DNA of 64,000 bases from an uncultured Chloroflexia bacterium (lineage in GTDB: Bacteria; Chloroflexota; Limnocylindria; Limnocylindrales; CSP1-4), in contig CAVVYR010000007.1 in NCBI GenBank assembly GCA_963752475.1, positions 352,001 to 416,000 on the forward strand. The letters are read 5' to 3'. The position numbers were made by a program, and so were the translations under genes. Positions 19,048-28,610 of this stretch are shown piece after piece. The notes beneath the pieces were generated by a model that was given only the letters and a program-made list of their open reading frames with translations, was not told where the DNA came from and did not search any database. Numbering within the stretch: position 1 is the first letter of the stretch; every line of letters starts with the position of its first letter.

Positions 19048-20609
19048 CCGACACGCCCCGACCACGAGCGCTGCTTTCGGTCTCCGACAAGACCGGCCTC
19101 GTCGAGCTGGCCCGCGGACTGGCCGAGCGCGGCTTCGCGCTGGTGTCCACCGGCGGTACCGCGCGCACCATCCGCGATGCCGGCGTGGCGGTCACCGATG
19201 TGGCCGAGGTCACCGGCGCGCCGGAGATGCTCGACGGGCGCGTCAAGACGCTGCACCCGCGCATCCACGGCGGGGTGCTGGCCAACCTCAACGACCCCTC
19301 GCACCGTGAGCAGCTGGCCGATCAGGGCATCGAGCCGTTCTCGGTCGTGGTCGTGAACCTCTACCAGTTCGAGCAGGCCGCGGCCGCGGGGAACCTGTCG
19401 GATGACGAGCTCATCGAGGAGATCGACATCGGCGGACCTACGCTGGTGCGCGCGGGTGCCAAGAACCACGCCAACGTGGCCATCGTCACCGACCCGGCCG
19501 ACTACGACGCGATCCTCGCCGAGATCGACGAGCACGGGCAGGTCCCGCTACGTACGCGGCAGCTGCTCGCACTGAAGGCCTACCGACGGACCGCGGCCTA
19601 CGACGCAGCCATCGTCTCGGAGCTGGCGACGCGCTGGACGCCCGAGGACGCGACCCCCGAGGTCGTACCGCTGGCGCTCAAGCGATCGCTGGAGCTGCGC
19701 TATGGCGAGAATCCACATCAGCAGGCTGCGCTCTACTCGGTCGTCGGTGCCGATCCCGCGGTCGGGCCCTTCGTGGCCGGGGCAGAGCCGCTGCAGGGCA
19801 AGCCGCTGAGCTACAACAATCTGCTCGATGCCTCGGCTGCGGCGGCGATGGCTCGCGACCTCGTTGGCCAGGCGGTCGTCATCGTCAAGCACGGCAACCC
19901 CTGTGGCGCGGCCGAGGCCGACGACCTCCTGACCGCCTGGGACCGAGCGCTCGAAGCCGATCCGGTCAGCGCCTTCGGCGGCGTGGTCGGTGTCCGCGGC
20001 ATCGTCGACGAGACCCTCGCGGAACGCCTGACGAGCCTGTTCCTCGAGGTCGTCGTGGCCGAGGGCTTCGACGCTGGCGCTCGCAAGGTGCTCGCCGCCA
20101 AGCCCGACCTGCGGCTGCTCGAGGATCCCACCATCGCGCAGCCTACGACCGTGGCCCTCGAGGCTCGCGCGGCCGGTGGCGGCGTGCTGCTCATGACCTC
20201 GGACGTCGAGCCCGATGATGCGTCGACCTGGCGCACGGTCACCAAGCGAAAACCCAGCGAGTCCGAGATGGCCGACCTGGCCTTCGGCTGGCGCATCGCC
20301 CGGCACGTGAAGTCCAATGCCATCGTGCTCGCTCGTGGCGGCGCCATCGTCGGCGTCGGTGCCGGTCAGATGAATCGCGTCCAGAGCGCCCGGCTCGCGG
20401 TGGAGCAGGCAGGAGAGAAAGCGCGCGGCGCCGTCTGTGCCAGCGACGCCTTCTTCCCGTTCCCCGATGGTGTCGAGACCTGTCTCGCGGCGGGCGTCAC
20501 CGCGGTGGTGGAGCCCGGCGGTGCACGCAAGGATGACGACGTCATCGCCGCCGTCGACGCCGCCGGCGCCGCCATGGTCTTCACCGGCCGACGCCACTTC
20601 AAGCACTAG
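19044..20609 (+). CDS. purH: Bifunctional AICAR transformylase/IMP cyclohydrolase
   Basis: ATG 19044 overlaps purB stop; ALLSVSDKTG, GRVKTLHP, LRYGENPHQ, ASDAFFPF, RHFKH. Confidence 0.97.
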   Translation: MTDTPRPRALLSVSDKTGLVELARGLAERGFALVSTGGTARTIRDAGVAVTDVAEVTGAPEMLDGRVKTLHPRIHGGVLANLNDPSHREQLADQGIEPFSVVVVNLYQFEQAAAAGNLSDDELIEEIDIGGPTLVRAGAKNHANVAIVTDPADYDAILAEIDEHGQVPLRTRQLLALKAYRRTAAYDAAIVSELATRWTPEDATPEVVPLALKRSLELRYGENPHQQAALYSVVGADPAVGPFVAGAEPLQGKPLSYNNLLDASAAAAMARDLVGQAVVIVKHGNPCGAAEADDLLTAWDRALEADPVSAFGGVVGVRGIVDETLAERLTSLFLEVVVAEGFDAGARKVLAAKPDLRLLEDPTIAQPTTVALEARAAGGGVLLMTSDVEPDDASTWRTVTKRKPSESEMADLAFGWRIARHVKSNAIVLARGGAIVGVGAGQMNRVQSARLAVEQAGEKARGAVCASDAFFPFPDGVETCLAAGVTAVVEPGGARKDDDVIAAVDAAGAAMVFTGRRHFKH

Positions 20610-20645
20610 GCCGGGCCGCTAGGCCCAGCCATGCCATCCCACGCT

Positions 20646-20771
20646 GGCTGAACTCGACCACTCGACGCGCCGACTGCATGATTCCAGCTCCGTCGAGACT
20701 CAGGTTGACGATCCGAGCCTCGCCACGGCTGAGATGCGACAGCCCGCCGGCCGTAGCGGTCGAGTTCAGCC
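20646..20771. repeat. Intergenic inverted repeat / long hairpin
   Basis: GGCTGAACTCGACC (20646-20659) and GGTCGAGTTCAGCC (20758-20771) are a perfect 14-bp pair; inner GTCG/CGAC and CTCAG/CTGAG stems. Confidence 0.7.
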
Positions 20772-20878
20772 CCGGCCGGATGATCCACCTGCCCATGGCC
20801 ATGCACCAGCCGGACATAGAAGAACACCGGCCGGAGGCACCGCGACGGTGTCGCCGACCGGCGTCCTGGGGATCCGAA

Positions 20879-21052
20879 CTAGCGCTTGGCTTCCTTGGCG
20901 CGATTGCGCTGCTGGGCCGCGCGGTCGACGTCCTTGCTGCGCACGCGGGCCACGTCGCTGGCCAGCGTGGGGTTGATCATCATGTGGCCTTCGACGTCAT
21001 CGTCGTCGGCCGGGCGGTTCTGAGGGCTCTCCTTGCCCTTGTTCTCAGTCAT
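20879..21052 (-). CDS. 57-aa peptide with DDDDVEGH motif
   Basis: GGAG RBS, ATG 21052, GC-rich third positions; MTENKGKESPQNRPADDDDVEGHMMINPTLASDVARVRSKDVDRAAQQRNRAKEAKR; hairpin downstream at about 20827-20861. Confidence 0.7.
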   Translation of the reverse strand: MTENKGKESPQNRPADDDDVEGHMMINPTLASDVARVRSKDVDRAAQQRNRAKEAKR

Positions 21053-21240
21053 GTTTGTCGCTCCATCTCTTGACCGGTTCGGCGACTTGGACGCTGTCGT
21101 CGAAGCGTGACTGTAGCGTGCCCGTCGAGGCCCGGCCACACCCTCGGACTCGCGACACTGCGCTTGTCAAATGGCCGACACCCGGCATCCGACGTCGACT
21201 CGGCTTGACGTGGCGGATGTCGCCCCGCCATGGTTGCGAC

Positions 21241-21932
21241 GTGGACCAGCAGTTGATCATCACCAGCCTGCGTGACTCGTACCTCTTCGAGCGTGCCGAC
21301 GATGACGCTCTCACGGCCATCGCGCGCCACATGCGGCGGCGCCGCTTCCGGCGCAACGAGACCATCATGCATCAGGGTGATCCCGGCGACGCCCTTCACG
21401 TCGTGAGCTCGGGCGCGGTCAAGATCGTGCTGCCCAGCCTCGAGGGTGAGGAGGCCATCATCGCCACCCTGCGCAGCGGTGACTTCTTCGGCGAGCTGGC
21501 GCTGCTCGACGGGGCTCCGCGCTCGGCCACGGCCGTGGCCTTGGAAACGACCGAGACGCTGACGCTCCCGCGTGAGGCCTTCCTCGAGATGCTCGATCGC
21601 GACAAGTCTCTGCGGGAGTCGTTGCTGTCCGGCCTCGCGCGAGAGATCCGGCGCGTCACCGGACACGTGGAGGAGCTCCACTTCCTCGACCTCGCCGGAC
21701 GGCTGGCCAGCCGCCTGGCGCGGCTGGCGCGTGAGGCCGAGCCCGAGGCCAACGAGGTCCGCCTCGACTGGCCCTATACGCAGTCGGACCTGGCCTCGAT
21801 GATCGGCGGTACCCGGCAGTCCGTTAACAAGCTGCTGTCCGACCTCGTCGACTCGCGACCTCGTGATCATCGAGAAGGACACGCTCATCATCCCCGACGT
21901 CGCAGGCACTGGAGCTCGAGGCCGAGCGGTGA
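21241..21932 (+). CDS. Crp/Fnr family cNMP-binding transcriptional regulator (two apparent +1 frameshifts near the 3' end)
   Basis: HQGDPGD, FFGELALLDGAPRSATA pocket, HTH TQSDLASMIGGTRQSVNK; removing one base near 21853 and one near 21903 restores DRDLVIIEKDTLIIPDVEALELEAER-stop overlapping the next GTG. Confidence 0.88.
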
Positions 21933-22714
21933 CCGAGGCGACCGACGCCGCCCTGCAGGTCCTCCTCCGCGCCGCCCGCGAGACGGCCACCGCGCGGCGC
22001 ATCGGCGGTGACACCGAGACTGCGTTGCTGCAGTCGGTGGTGGATGCGGCCGCGACCATCTTCGATGCCGAAGCGTCGTCGATCGCGCTCTTCGAACCCG
22101 ATCCTGACCGGCTCGTCTTCCGCGTCGCGGGCGGCGAACAGGGCGACGGCGTCGTCGGCATCTCGGTCGCGCCGACGCACGGCATCGTGGGCTACGTCTT
22201 CTCGACCGGCGAGCCCATCGCGCTCACCGACGTCGGCTCGGACCCGCGCTTCGACAAGGGCACGGCAGAGAAGACCGGCTACATGCCGCGCAGCATCGCC
22301 GCCGTGCCGCTCATCGATGCCGGAGCCACGGTCGGCGTGTTGCAGGTGCTCGACAAGCACTCCGAGGAGTCGTTCTCACTGCGCGACATGGACCTGCTGG
22401 GTGTCTTCGCCCGGCAGGCAGCGGCAGCCATCGAAGCCGCGCGCGTGGGCCGTGACTCCGAGCGGCTGCTGCGCAACGCGCTGGTGGCCATCGGTGGTGA
22501 GGCGCTCGACACGGAGGCGCTGGATGCGCTCATGGCCGCTGCGGCCGAGGAGCTCGACCGTGACGACGAGGCACCGTTCTGGCGGCTGGTGGACCAGGTG
22601 GCGCAGCTGCGCGACACCAACGACGTCGATCTCGAGTTGGTGGAAGAGATCCTCGAGGTCGTGTCCCGGCATCGCTCGCACCGCCTCGGTCGCTACGGTC
22701 GCCGGCCCCGGTGA
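21929..22714 (+). CDS. Stand-alone GAF domain protein
   Basis: AEASSIALF, GIVGYVFSTGEP, DVGSDPRF, RSIAAVPL, VGVLQVLDK, FSLRDMDLL; helical acidic C-terminus with no output domain. Confidence 0.88.
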   Translation: MTEATDAALQVLLRAARETATARRIGGDTETALLQSVVDAAATIFDAEASSIALFEPDPDRLVFRVAGGEQGDGVVGISVAPTHGIVGYVFSTGEPIALTDVGSDPRFDKGTAEKTGYMPRSIAAVPLIDAGATVGVLQVLDKHSEESFSLRDMDLLGVFARQAAAAIEAARVGRDSERLLRNALVAIGGEALDTEALDALMAAAAEELDRDDEAPFWRLVDQVAQLRDTNDVDLELVEEILEVVSRHRSHRLGRYGRRPR

Positions 22715-23538
22715 GCGAGGCCTCGACGCTACGGCCGGCCTGGTCTGAGCCGTTCGTCGGCGAGGCCGTGGCCGAGCTGGCGCGAGCAGCGCGCCTCGAC
22801 CGCATCGACCGCGAGTGGGCGTTCGAGGGCGCGACCGGCAAGGGTGTGACGGTGGCCATCATCGACAGCGGCATCGAGGCCGATCACCCGGCGGTCTCGG
22901 GCCGCGTGCGCCGACAGGTGGCGGTCGAGCTGCAGGACGGCGACCCGGTCGTGGTCGATGACGAGTGCGGCGATCTCTTCGGCCACGGCACCGCCTGTGG
23001 CGGGCTCATCACGGACCTCGCGCCCGACGTCGAGCTGGTCTCGGTGCGTGTCCTCGGCTCCGACCTGCGGGGCAGGGGAGCGGCGTTCCTCGGGGGGCTC
23101 GAGTGGGCCATCGAGCATGAGGTGGATGTGGTCAACCTCTCGCTCTCCTCCAAGAGCGAGGTCCTCTTCGCCGACTTCCATGAGGTCGTCGACCGGGCCT
23201 ACTTCGCCGGAGTGACGCTCGTGAGCGCGGCCAACAACGCACCCGGTGCCTCGTACCCCTCGCTCTTCTCGTCGGTCGTCTCGGTCGCGGCTCACGAGGA
23301 GCCCGACCGCTGGCGCTGGTACTACAACCCGCGTCCGCCCGTGGAGTTCGGGGCCTGGGGCGTGAACGTGCCCATCGCCTGGAAGGACGGCGGCTCGTCG
23401 GTGGCCACGGGCAACTCCTTCGCGGCACCGCAGATCGCCGCGCTCGCGGCCCTGCTGCGCTCGAAGCACCCGGGCCTCACCCCCTTCGAGGTCAAGGCCG
23501 TCCTCGCCGCCACAGCAGACCTGTCAGCACCCGATTGA
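22711..23538 (+). CDS. Minimal S8 (subtilisin-like) serine peptidase, no signal peptide
   Basis: Triad motifs VAIIDSG, GHGTACG, GNSFAAP; oxyanion region SAANN; 275 aa; GTGA overlap with GAF gene. Confidence 0.9.
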   Translation: MSEASTLRPAWSEPFVGEAVAELARAARLDRIDREWAFEGATGKGVTVAIIDSGIEADHPAVSGRVRRQVAVELQDGDPVVVDDECGDLFGHGTACGGLITDLAPDVELVSVRVLGSDLRGRGAAFLGGLEWAIEHEVDVVNLSLSSKSEVLFADFHEVVDRAYFAGVTLVSAANNAPGASYPSLFSSVVSVAAHEEPDRWRWYYNPRPPVEFGAWGVNVPIAWKDGGSSVATGNSFAAPQIAALAALLRSKHPGLTPFEVKAVLAATADLSAPD

Positions 23539-23617
23539 CCCAGCCGTTGTCGGCTGTCTGACAGTCCTCGCGGGCGTCTCCGCCTACCTTGATGGCACGC
23601 AGCGCGAGGTCATGGAC

Positions 23618-23827
23618 ATGGGCGACATGCTTCAGCACCCGGAGTTCTACACCCAGGAGATCGAGCGGCACCAGCTCGAGTCCCGACGATGGGCCGAGGC
23701 GGGCATGCTGGGCCGGCTTGCCAGCAGCGTCCGCGAGCAGTCGCAGGAGCAACCGCGGCGCTCCGGCTTCATCGCCCTGGCCACGCCGGTGGCGCTGGTG
23801 CTGGGCATGCTCGCGATCATCATCTAG
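23618..23827 (+). CDS. Small protein, cassette copy 1 (C-terminal TM helix)
   Basis: MGDMLQHPEFY...RRWAE...GFIALATPVALVLGMLAIII; GAGGT RBS; paralog at 28611. Confidence 0.7.
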   Translation: MGDMLQHPEFYTQEIERHQLESRRWAEAGMLGRLASSVREQSQEQPRRSGFIALATPVALVLGMLAIII

Positions 23828-23837
23828 GCCCACTCCC

Positions 23838-23874
23838 AGCGGCGGGGTCCTGGACGCAGGCGGATCCCGCCGCT
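23838..23874 (+). terminator. Hairpin after small-protein copy 1
   Basis: AGCGGCGGGGTCC...GGATCCCGCCGCT stem. Confidence 0.6.
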
Positions 23875-23928
23875 TCCCCATGTCCGATAGGCCGCCTGTG
23901 CCTTGGTGCGTCGCGTACCATGCCGCGA

Positions 23929-26900
23929 ATGACGTGCCACGCGTGCGGCCGTGCGCTCCCCCACGACGCCCGCTTCTGTTCCGGCTGCGGAGCGGCGATC
24001 GTGCGTGCCTGTGCCGCCTGCGGGACGGAGCTGGAGGCCGACGCGCGCTTCTGCCGCCGCTGTGGTCAGCCCACCGAGGCGGTGGCCGGCGAACCTGCGG
24101 CGACAGACTCCGCCTCTCGGGAGGCGACTACCCCGGCAGCCTCCGAGGCGCGGGAGACGGCTCGCGAACGCAAGATCGCCACGCTGCTCTTCGCCGACCT
24201 TGTCGGCTTCACCGCCATGAACGAAGCCCACGATCCCGAGCTCGTCTCGTCCGTCGTGTCCGCGACCTTCGAGCGGCTGGCCGAGGAAGTGCGCCGCTAC
24301 GAAGGCACGGTCGAGAAGTTCGCCGGCGACGCCATGCTGGCGGTCTTCGGTGTACCCACCACACACGAGGACGACCCCGAACGAGCGGTCCGAGCGGCCC
24401 TCGAGATGCAGACGGCGCTCTCGACCATGGCACAGACCGCGTCCGGCCCGGAGCTGCGGCTGCGCATCGGGATCGCCACGGGTGAGGTGCTCGCCGACCG
24501 TTCGCGCGCCTCGGCCGAGCGTGACCTCTTCGTCACCGGCGATGCCGTCAACACCGCCTCCCGCCTGCAGACAGCGGCCGAGCCGGGCACCGTCGTGGTC
24601 GGCCCCTCGACCTACGCTGCCACGCGCGAGGCCATCGACTACGAGGAGCTACCGCCGGTCACGCTCAAGGGCAAGGGGCTGCCGGTGGCCATCTGGCGCG
24701 CGGACTCGGTCAAGGCCGGCCGCGGTGGCCGTCGCGGCCGGCTGGGGCTGCAGTCGCCGCTGGTGGGTCGCGACGGGGAGCTGTCGCTGCTGAAGGAGAC
24801 CGTGCGCCGCACCGTAGACGAGGGTCGGCCGCATCTCGTGACCGTCATGGGCAGCGCCGGCGTGGGCAAGAGCCGCATCGCGTGGGAGCTGGAGAAGTAC
24901 CTCGACGGCCTGCCTGACATCTACCACTGGCGCAAGGGCCGTTGCCTGGCCTACTCCGGTCTCAGCTTCGGACCCATCGCGGACGTAGCCAAGGCCGACG
25001 CCCGCATCGCCGACGACGACCCGCCGCCGGTCGCTCGCAAGAAGCTTGTCGGCCGCCTCGCCGAGCTCGGGCCCGTGGCGGACGACGAGGAGGTACGTCG
25101 AGCGCTCGAGGCGGTGCTGGCCATCGGTGACGGGGACGAGCGACCCCGGGACGAGCTCTTCGAGGCCTGGCGCCGCTATCTCGGCGCTGTGGCCGCGGTG
25201 GCACCACTGCTACTGGTCATCGAAGACATCCACTGGGCCGACGAGGGCGCGCTTGCCTTCATCGAGTTCCTGGCCCGCTGGGGTGAAGGCCCTATCGTCA
25301 TCGTCTGCCTCGCACGCCACGAGCTGCTCGAGAAGCGCGGCACCTGGGGAGGGGGTCTGCCCAACGCGTCCGCCATCGTGCTCGAGCCACTCGGCGCCGA
25401 AGCCAGTAGCGCCCTCGTGGGCGGACTGCTGGACGGCGACCTACCCGATGAGCTGGGCGCTCGCCTCGTGGAGCTGGCGGAGGGCAACCCGCTCTTCGTG
25501 GAGGAGATCGTGCGCATGCTCGTGGACCGCGGCGTGCTGCGCTTCTCCGAGGGCCACTGGGAGGTGGCCGGCGCGGTCGATCAGCTGGAGATCCCCGACT
25601 CGGTGCAGGCCGTGCTGGCTGCCCGCCTCGACACCCTGCCGCCGGAGGAGAAGCGGGTGGCGCAGGACGCGGCGGTCGTGGGCCGCATCTTCTGGGACGT
25701 CATCGTGGCCCACCTGTCGGGCAGCGAGCGCCACCCCACACACGAGCTTATCCGCCGCCTGCGCGTCAAGGACCTGGTGGTGCAGCGCAGCCCCTCGTCG
25801 TTGGCCGACGCCGCTGAGTTCGGCTTCCGCCACGTGCTCATCCGCGACGTGGCCTACGACTCGCTGCCCAAGCGCGACCGCTCCCGGCTCCACCGTGACA
25901 TCGCGCTGTGGGCCGAGTCGGAGCTGGCCGATCGCGTCGATGAGTTCAGCGAGCTCATCGCCAGCCACCTCGCAGCCGCGTTGGCCTACGACGAGGAGTT
26001 CACCGAGGATTCGGCCGAGCTGCGCGCCATCCGCGAGACGACCTACGCCGCTGCCAAGCGCGCGGCTCAGCGGGCGCACGCCATGAGCCAGTTCGATGCC
26101 TCGGACCGCTGGTTGCGGCTTGCGCTCGACTTGGGCTGGAAGATCGAAGCCCCCGCCCGGGAGATGGCTGAACTCACGGTCAAGTTTGCCGATGTCGCCT
26201 GGCAGACGGCCGATCCGGCCGAGGCCGAGCAGGCACTGACACGAGCCATCGACGTCTGGCGTCCCGCCATGGGCGACAGCGACGGTGACCGGCAGGTCAT
26301 GGCTAGGCTTCGGGACCTGCGAGGCAACGCACTCTTCGGGCAGGGTAACGTCGAGCCTGCGCGAGAGGAGCTTCGCGATGCCATCGCCGAGCTCGAGCCA
26401 GGGCTGCCGTCGAAGGCACGGGCACTGCTGCTCAATCGCCTCGGCTGGACCTACTGGCGCGCCGGGCCTACCGCGGACGCCATCCCCATCATCGAGCGGG
26501 CGATCTCCGAAGCGGAGGCCAGCGACGCGGATGACGTTCTTCGCTGGGCCAAGCACGATCTGGGGGTGACCCTCGCCATCCTTGGTCGTGAGAACGAGGG
26601 CGTGGCCCTGCTGGAGGAGTCGCTCGAGCTGGCGCGCACTTCCGGCGACCGCGAGTTGCTGCTCCGTTGCTACGTCAACGTGCCCGCGACGCGTGAGGCG
26701 CGCGGTGATCGGCTCGAGCCGCTCGCTGAGATGTCCCTCGAGGGCCTGCAACTGGCCCGACGGTTGGCGGCGAGCCAATACATCACCTGGCTCGGGAGCA
26801 ACCGAGCTGACCATCTCGCGGATCTGGGACGCGTGGCGGAGGCCGTGGAGCATCTGAGCGAGGCTATCGCGCACGCGGAGGCCATCTCCTTCATGCACCT

Positions 26901-27525
26901 CGGTGCCCACCGCTGTGGTCGGGCAGCGTACCGGCTGTTGCTCGGCGATCGGGAAGGTGCAGCCACGGACATCGAGGCCGCAGAGCAAATCGGCATCTCC
27001 TCAGAGGCGCAGGTCGCTTGGGGCTATCCCTTCGTCGTGGCCATGAATGGCTGGGACGAGGACCCTCGGGAGGCGGCTAGCGGGCTGCTCGCGTGGGCCA
27101 CGGAGCACGTCGACGGCCAGGCCAGCACCTACTTGCTCGTGGTCGAGCTCGCCCGCATGGCTCTGCGGCTGGACGATAGGGCGACCCTCGATGCCGCGGC
27201 GCGGTTGACCGAACTGCACACCGAGTTCCGGTCCATCCCGCCGCAGCTGGCCAGGGGCGCCTGGGTCCAGGGGCTGGTGGACGGCGACTCAGGGGCGGTG
27301 GCGAACGCGGCCGCCGAGCTCGAGGGACTTGGCTTGAAGCTCCAGGCATCGGAGGCCTGGGCAGATGCGGCGTTGCTGGCCGCGCGCGCCGGGGTCGAGT
27401 CCGAGGCCGCTTCCCGGGCCACCGAGCTCGTCGACGAGATGGGCATCCGCCCCTGGCTCGGCCCGCTGCCGGAGACGCGCTGGCTGGAGCCGGCGAAAGA
27501 CGAGAGCGGGGCCTCGGTCGTCTAG
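23929..27525 (+). CDS. Double zinc ribbon - class III adenylate/guanylate cyclase - STAND/AAA ATPase - TPR-like protein (paralog 1)
   Basis: 4 x CxxC; FADLVGFT, EKFAGDA, VTGDAVNTASRLQ; Walker A GSAGVGKS, Walker B LVIEDIHWAD, GNPLF; helical C-terminus; start ATG 23929 (alternative 23920). Confidence 0.92.
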   Translation: MTCHACGRALPHDARFCSGCGAAIVRACAACGTELEADARFCRRCGQPTEAVAGEPAATDSASREATTPAASEARETARERKIATLLFADLVGFTAMNEAHDPELVSSVVSATFERLAEEVRRYEGTVEKFAGDAMLAVFGVPTTHEDDPERAVRAALEMQTALSTMAQTASGPELRLRIGIATGEVLADRSRASAERDLFVTGDAVNTASRLQTAAEPGTVVVGPSTYAATREAIDYEELPPVTLKGKGLPVAIWRADSVKAGRGGRRGRLGLQSPLVGRDGELSLLKETVRRTVDEGRPHLVTVMGSAGVGKSRIAWELEKYLDGLPDIYHWRKGRCLAYSGLSFGPIADVAKADARIADDDPPPVARKKLVGRLAELGPVADDEEVRRALEAVLAIGDGDERPRDELFEAWRRYLGAVAAVAPLLLVIEDIHWADEGALAFIEFLARWGEGPIVIVCLARHELLEKRGTWGGGLPNASAIVLEPLGAEASSALVGGLLDGDLPDELGARLVELAEGNPLFVEEIVRMLVDRGVLRFSEGHWEVAGAVDQLEIPDSVQAVLAARLDTLPPEEKRVAQDAAVVGRIFWDVIVAHLSGSERHPTHELIRRLRVKDLVVQRSPSSLADAAEFGFRHVLIRDVAYDSLPKRDRSRLHRDIALWAESELADRVDEFSELIASHLAAALAYDEEFTEDSAELRAIRETTYAAAKRAAQRAHAMSQFDASDRWLRLALDLGWKIEAPAREMAELTVKFADVAWQTADPAEAEQALTRAIDVWRPAMGDSDGDRQVMARLRDLRGNALFGQGNVEPAREELRDAIAELEPGLPSKARALLLNRLGWTYWRAGPTADAIPIIERAISEAEASDADDVLRWAKHDLGVTLAILGRENEGVALLEESLELARTSGDRELLLRCYVNVPATREARGDRLEPLAEMSLEGLQLARRLAASQYITWLGSNRADHLADLGRVAEAVEHLSEAIAHAEAISFMHLGAHRCGRAAYRLLLGDREGAATDIEAAEQIGISSEAQVAWGYPFVVAMNGWDEDPREAASGLLAWATEHVDGQASTYLLVVELARMALRLDDRATLDAAARLTELHTEFRSIPPQLARGAWVQGLVDGDSGAVANAAAELEGLGLKLQASEAWADAALLAARAGVESEAASRATELVDEMGIRPWLGPLPETRWLEPAKDESGASVV

Positions 27526-27545
27526 CCGGGCGCTACTCTCGGAGC

Positions 27546-28538
27546 ATGGCCTCCAACCTCTACTTCGCCGACTGCCACAACGACCTGCTGCTGGGCGTGA
27601 CCTGCCAGCGCGATCTTGGGAACGACGACCTCTTCGGTGACTTCTGGCTGCCGCAGCTGCGCGCCGGGAACGTGCGTCTGGTGGTGCTGCCGGTCTACAC
27701 CGAGGACTGGTTCACCGGCGAGGCCGCTCTTCGACGAGCGCTGACCACGGTCGAGACTGCTCGCCAGATGGCCCAGCGCCATGGCGAGGAGGTGGCTCTG
27801 GTCGCGACCGCCGGCGAGCTCCGAGCCGCCCTCGACAACGGTCGCATCGCGCTCGTCCTGGCCTTCGAGGGTATGGAACCCGTGGGTGCCGACCTCGACC
27901 TCCTCGACACCTTCTGGCACCTCGGCGTGCGCATGGCCTCGCTGACCTGGAACCGCCGCACGCCCTTCGCCGATGGTCTCGGCGAGCGACGCACCGGTGC
28001 GGGCCTGACCAACCTCGGCGAGAAGGCAGTCGAACGCATGGAGCGCCTGGGCATGATCGTCGATGTCAGCCACCTCTCCGACCCTGGCTTCGACGACGTC
28101 GCGAGGGTGGCGACGCGGCCGTTCGTGGCCAGCCACTCGTCCTGCCGCGACGTCTTCGACCACCCCCGCAACCTGCGTGACGACCAGCTGCGCACCATCG
28201 CCGAGTCCGGTGGCTTCGTGGCCATGAACGCGATGAGCGATTTCGTGGGCGAGGGTTCGACGGTCGACACGTTCCTCGATCACGTCGAACACGCGCTGCG
28301 CCTCATCGGCGCTGAGCATGTGGGCCTGGGCCTCGACTTCCTGGCCGACACGGAAGCGCACTCGCTGCCCGCCTCGGCCCAGCCCGAGCCCGGCTTCTTC
28401 ATCGACGGACTGGAACGACCGGCCGACCTGCCAGCCCTCGGTGCGCGGCTCGAGCAGCGCATCGGTCAGGATGCGGCCCGACAGGTCGCGAGCGGCACGT
28501 TGATCGGATCGCTCGAGCGCCTGCTGCCCGCGGACTGA
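27546..28538 (+). CDS. Membrane dipeptidase family (M19)
   Basis: DCHNDL, LAFEG, LTWN, DVSHLS, ASHS, HPRNLRDDQL, HVGLGLDF. Confidence 0.9.
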   Translation: MASNLYFADCHNDLLLGVTCQRDLGNDDLFGDFWLPQLRAGNVRLVVLPVYTEDWFTGEAALRRALTTVETARQMAQRHGEEVALVATAGELRAALDNGRIALVLAFEGMEPVGADLDLLDTFWHLGVRMASLTWNRRTPFADGLGERRTGAGLTNLGEKAVERMERLGMIVDVSHLSDPGFDDVARVATRPFVASHSSCRDVFDHPRNLRDDQLRTIAESGGFVAMNAMSDFVGEGSTVDTFLDHVEHALRLIGAEHVGLGLDFLADTEAHSLPASAQPEPGFFIDGLERPADLPALGARLEQRIGQDAARQVASGTLIGSLERLLPAD

Positions 28539-28610
28539 ACTGTCGCCTGCTTGACAGACATCGCGCGCAGAGCGTCGTACGGTGATGTCACGCAGCGCGA
28601 GGTCAACGTC

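Noticed and set aside
21053-21240. Canonical CRP box between the peptide gene and crp
   Set aside because: No TGTGA-N6-TCACA match found; only a CGTGA half-site near 21106
21863-21931. N-terminal extension of the GAF protein or a Crp-GAF fusion
   Set aside because: IIEKDTLIIPDV is the Crp C-terminal wing displaced by frameshifts; repair gives a stop overlapping GTG 21929
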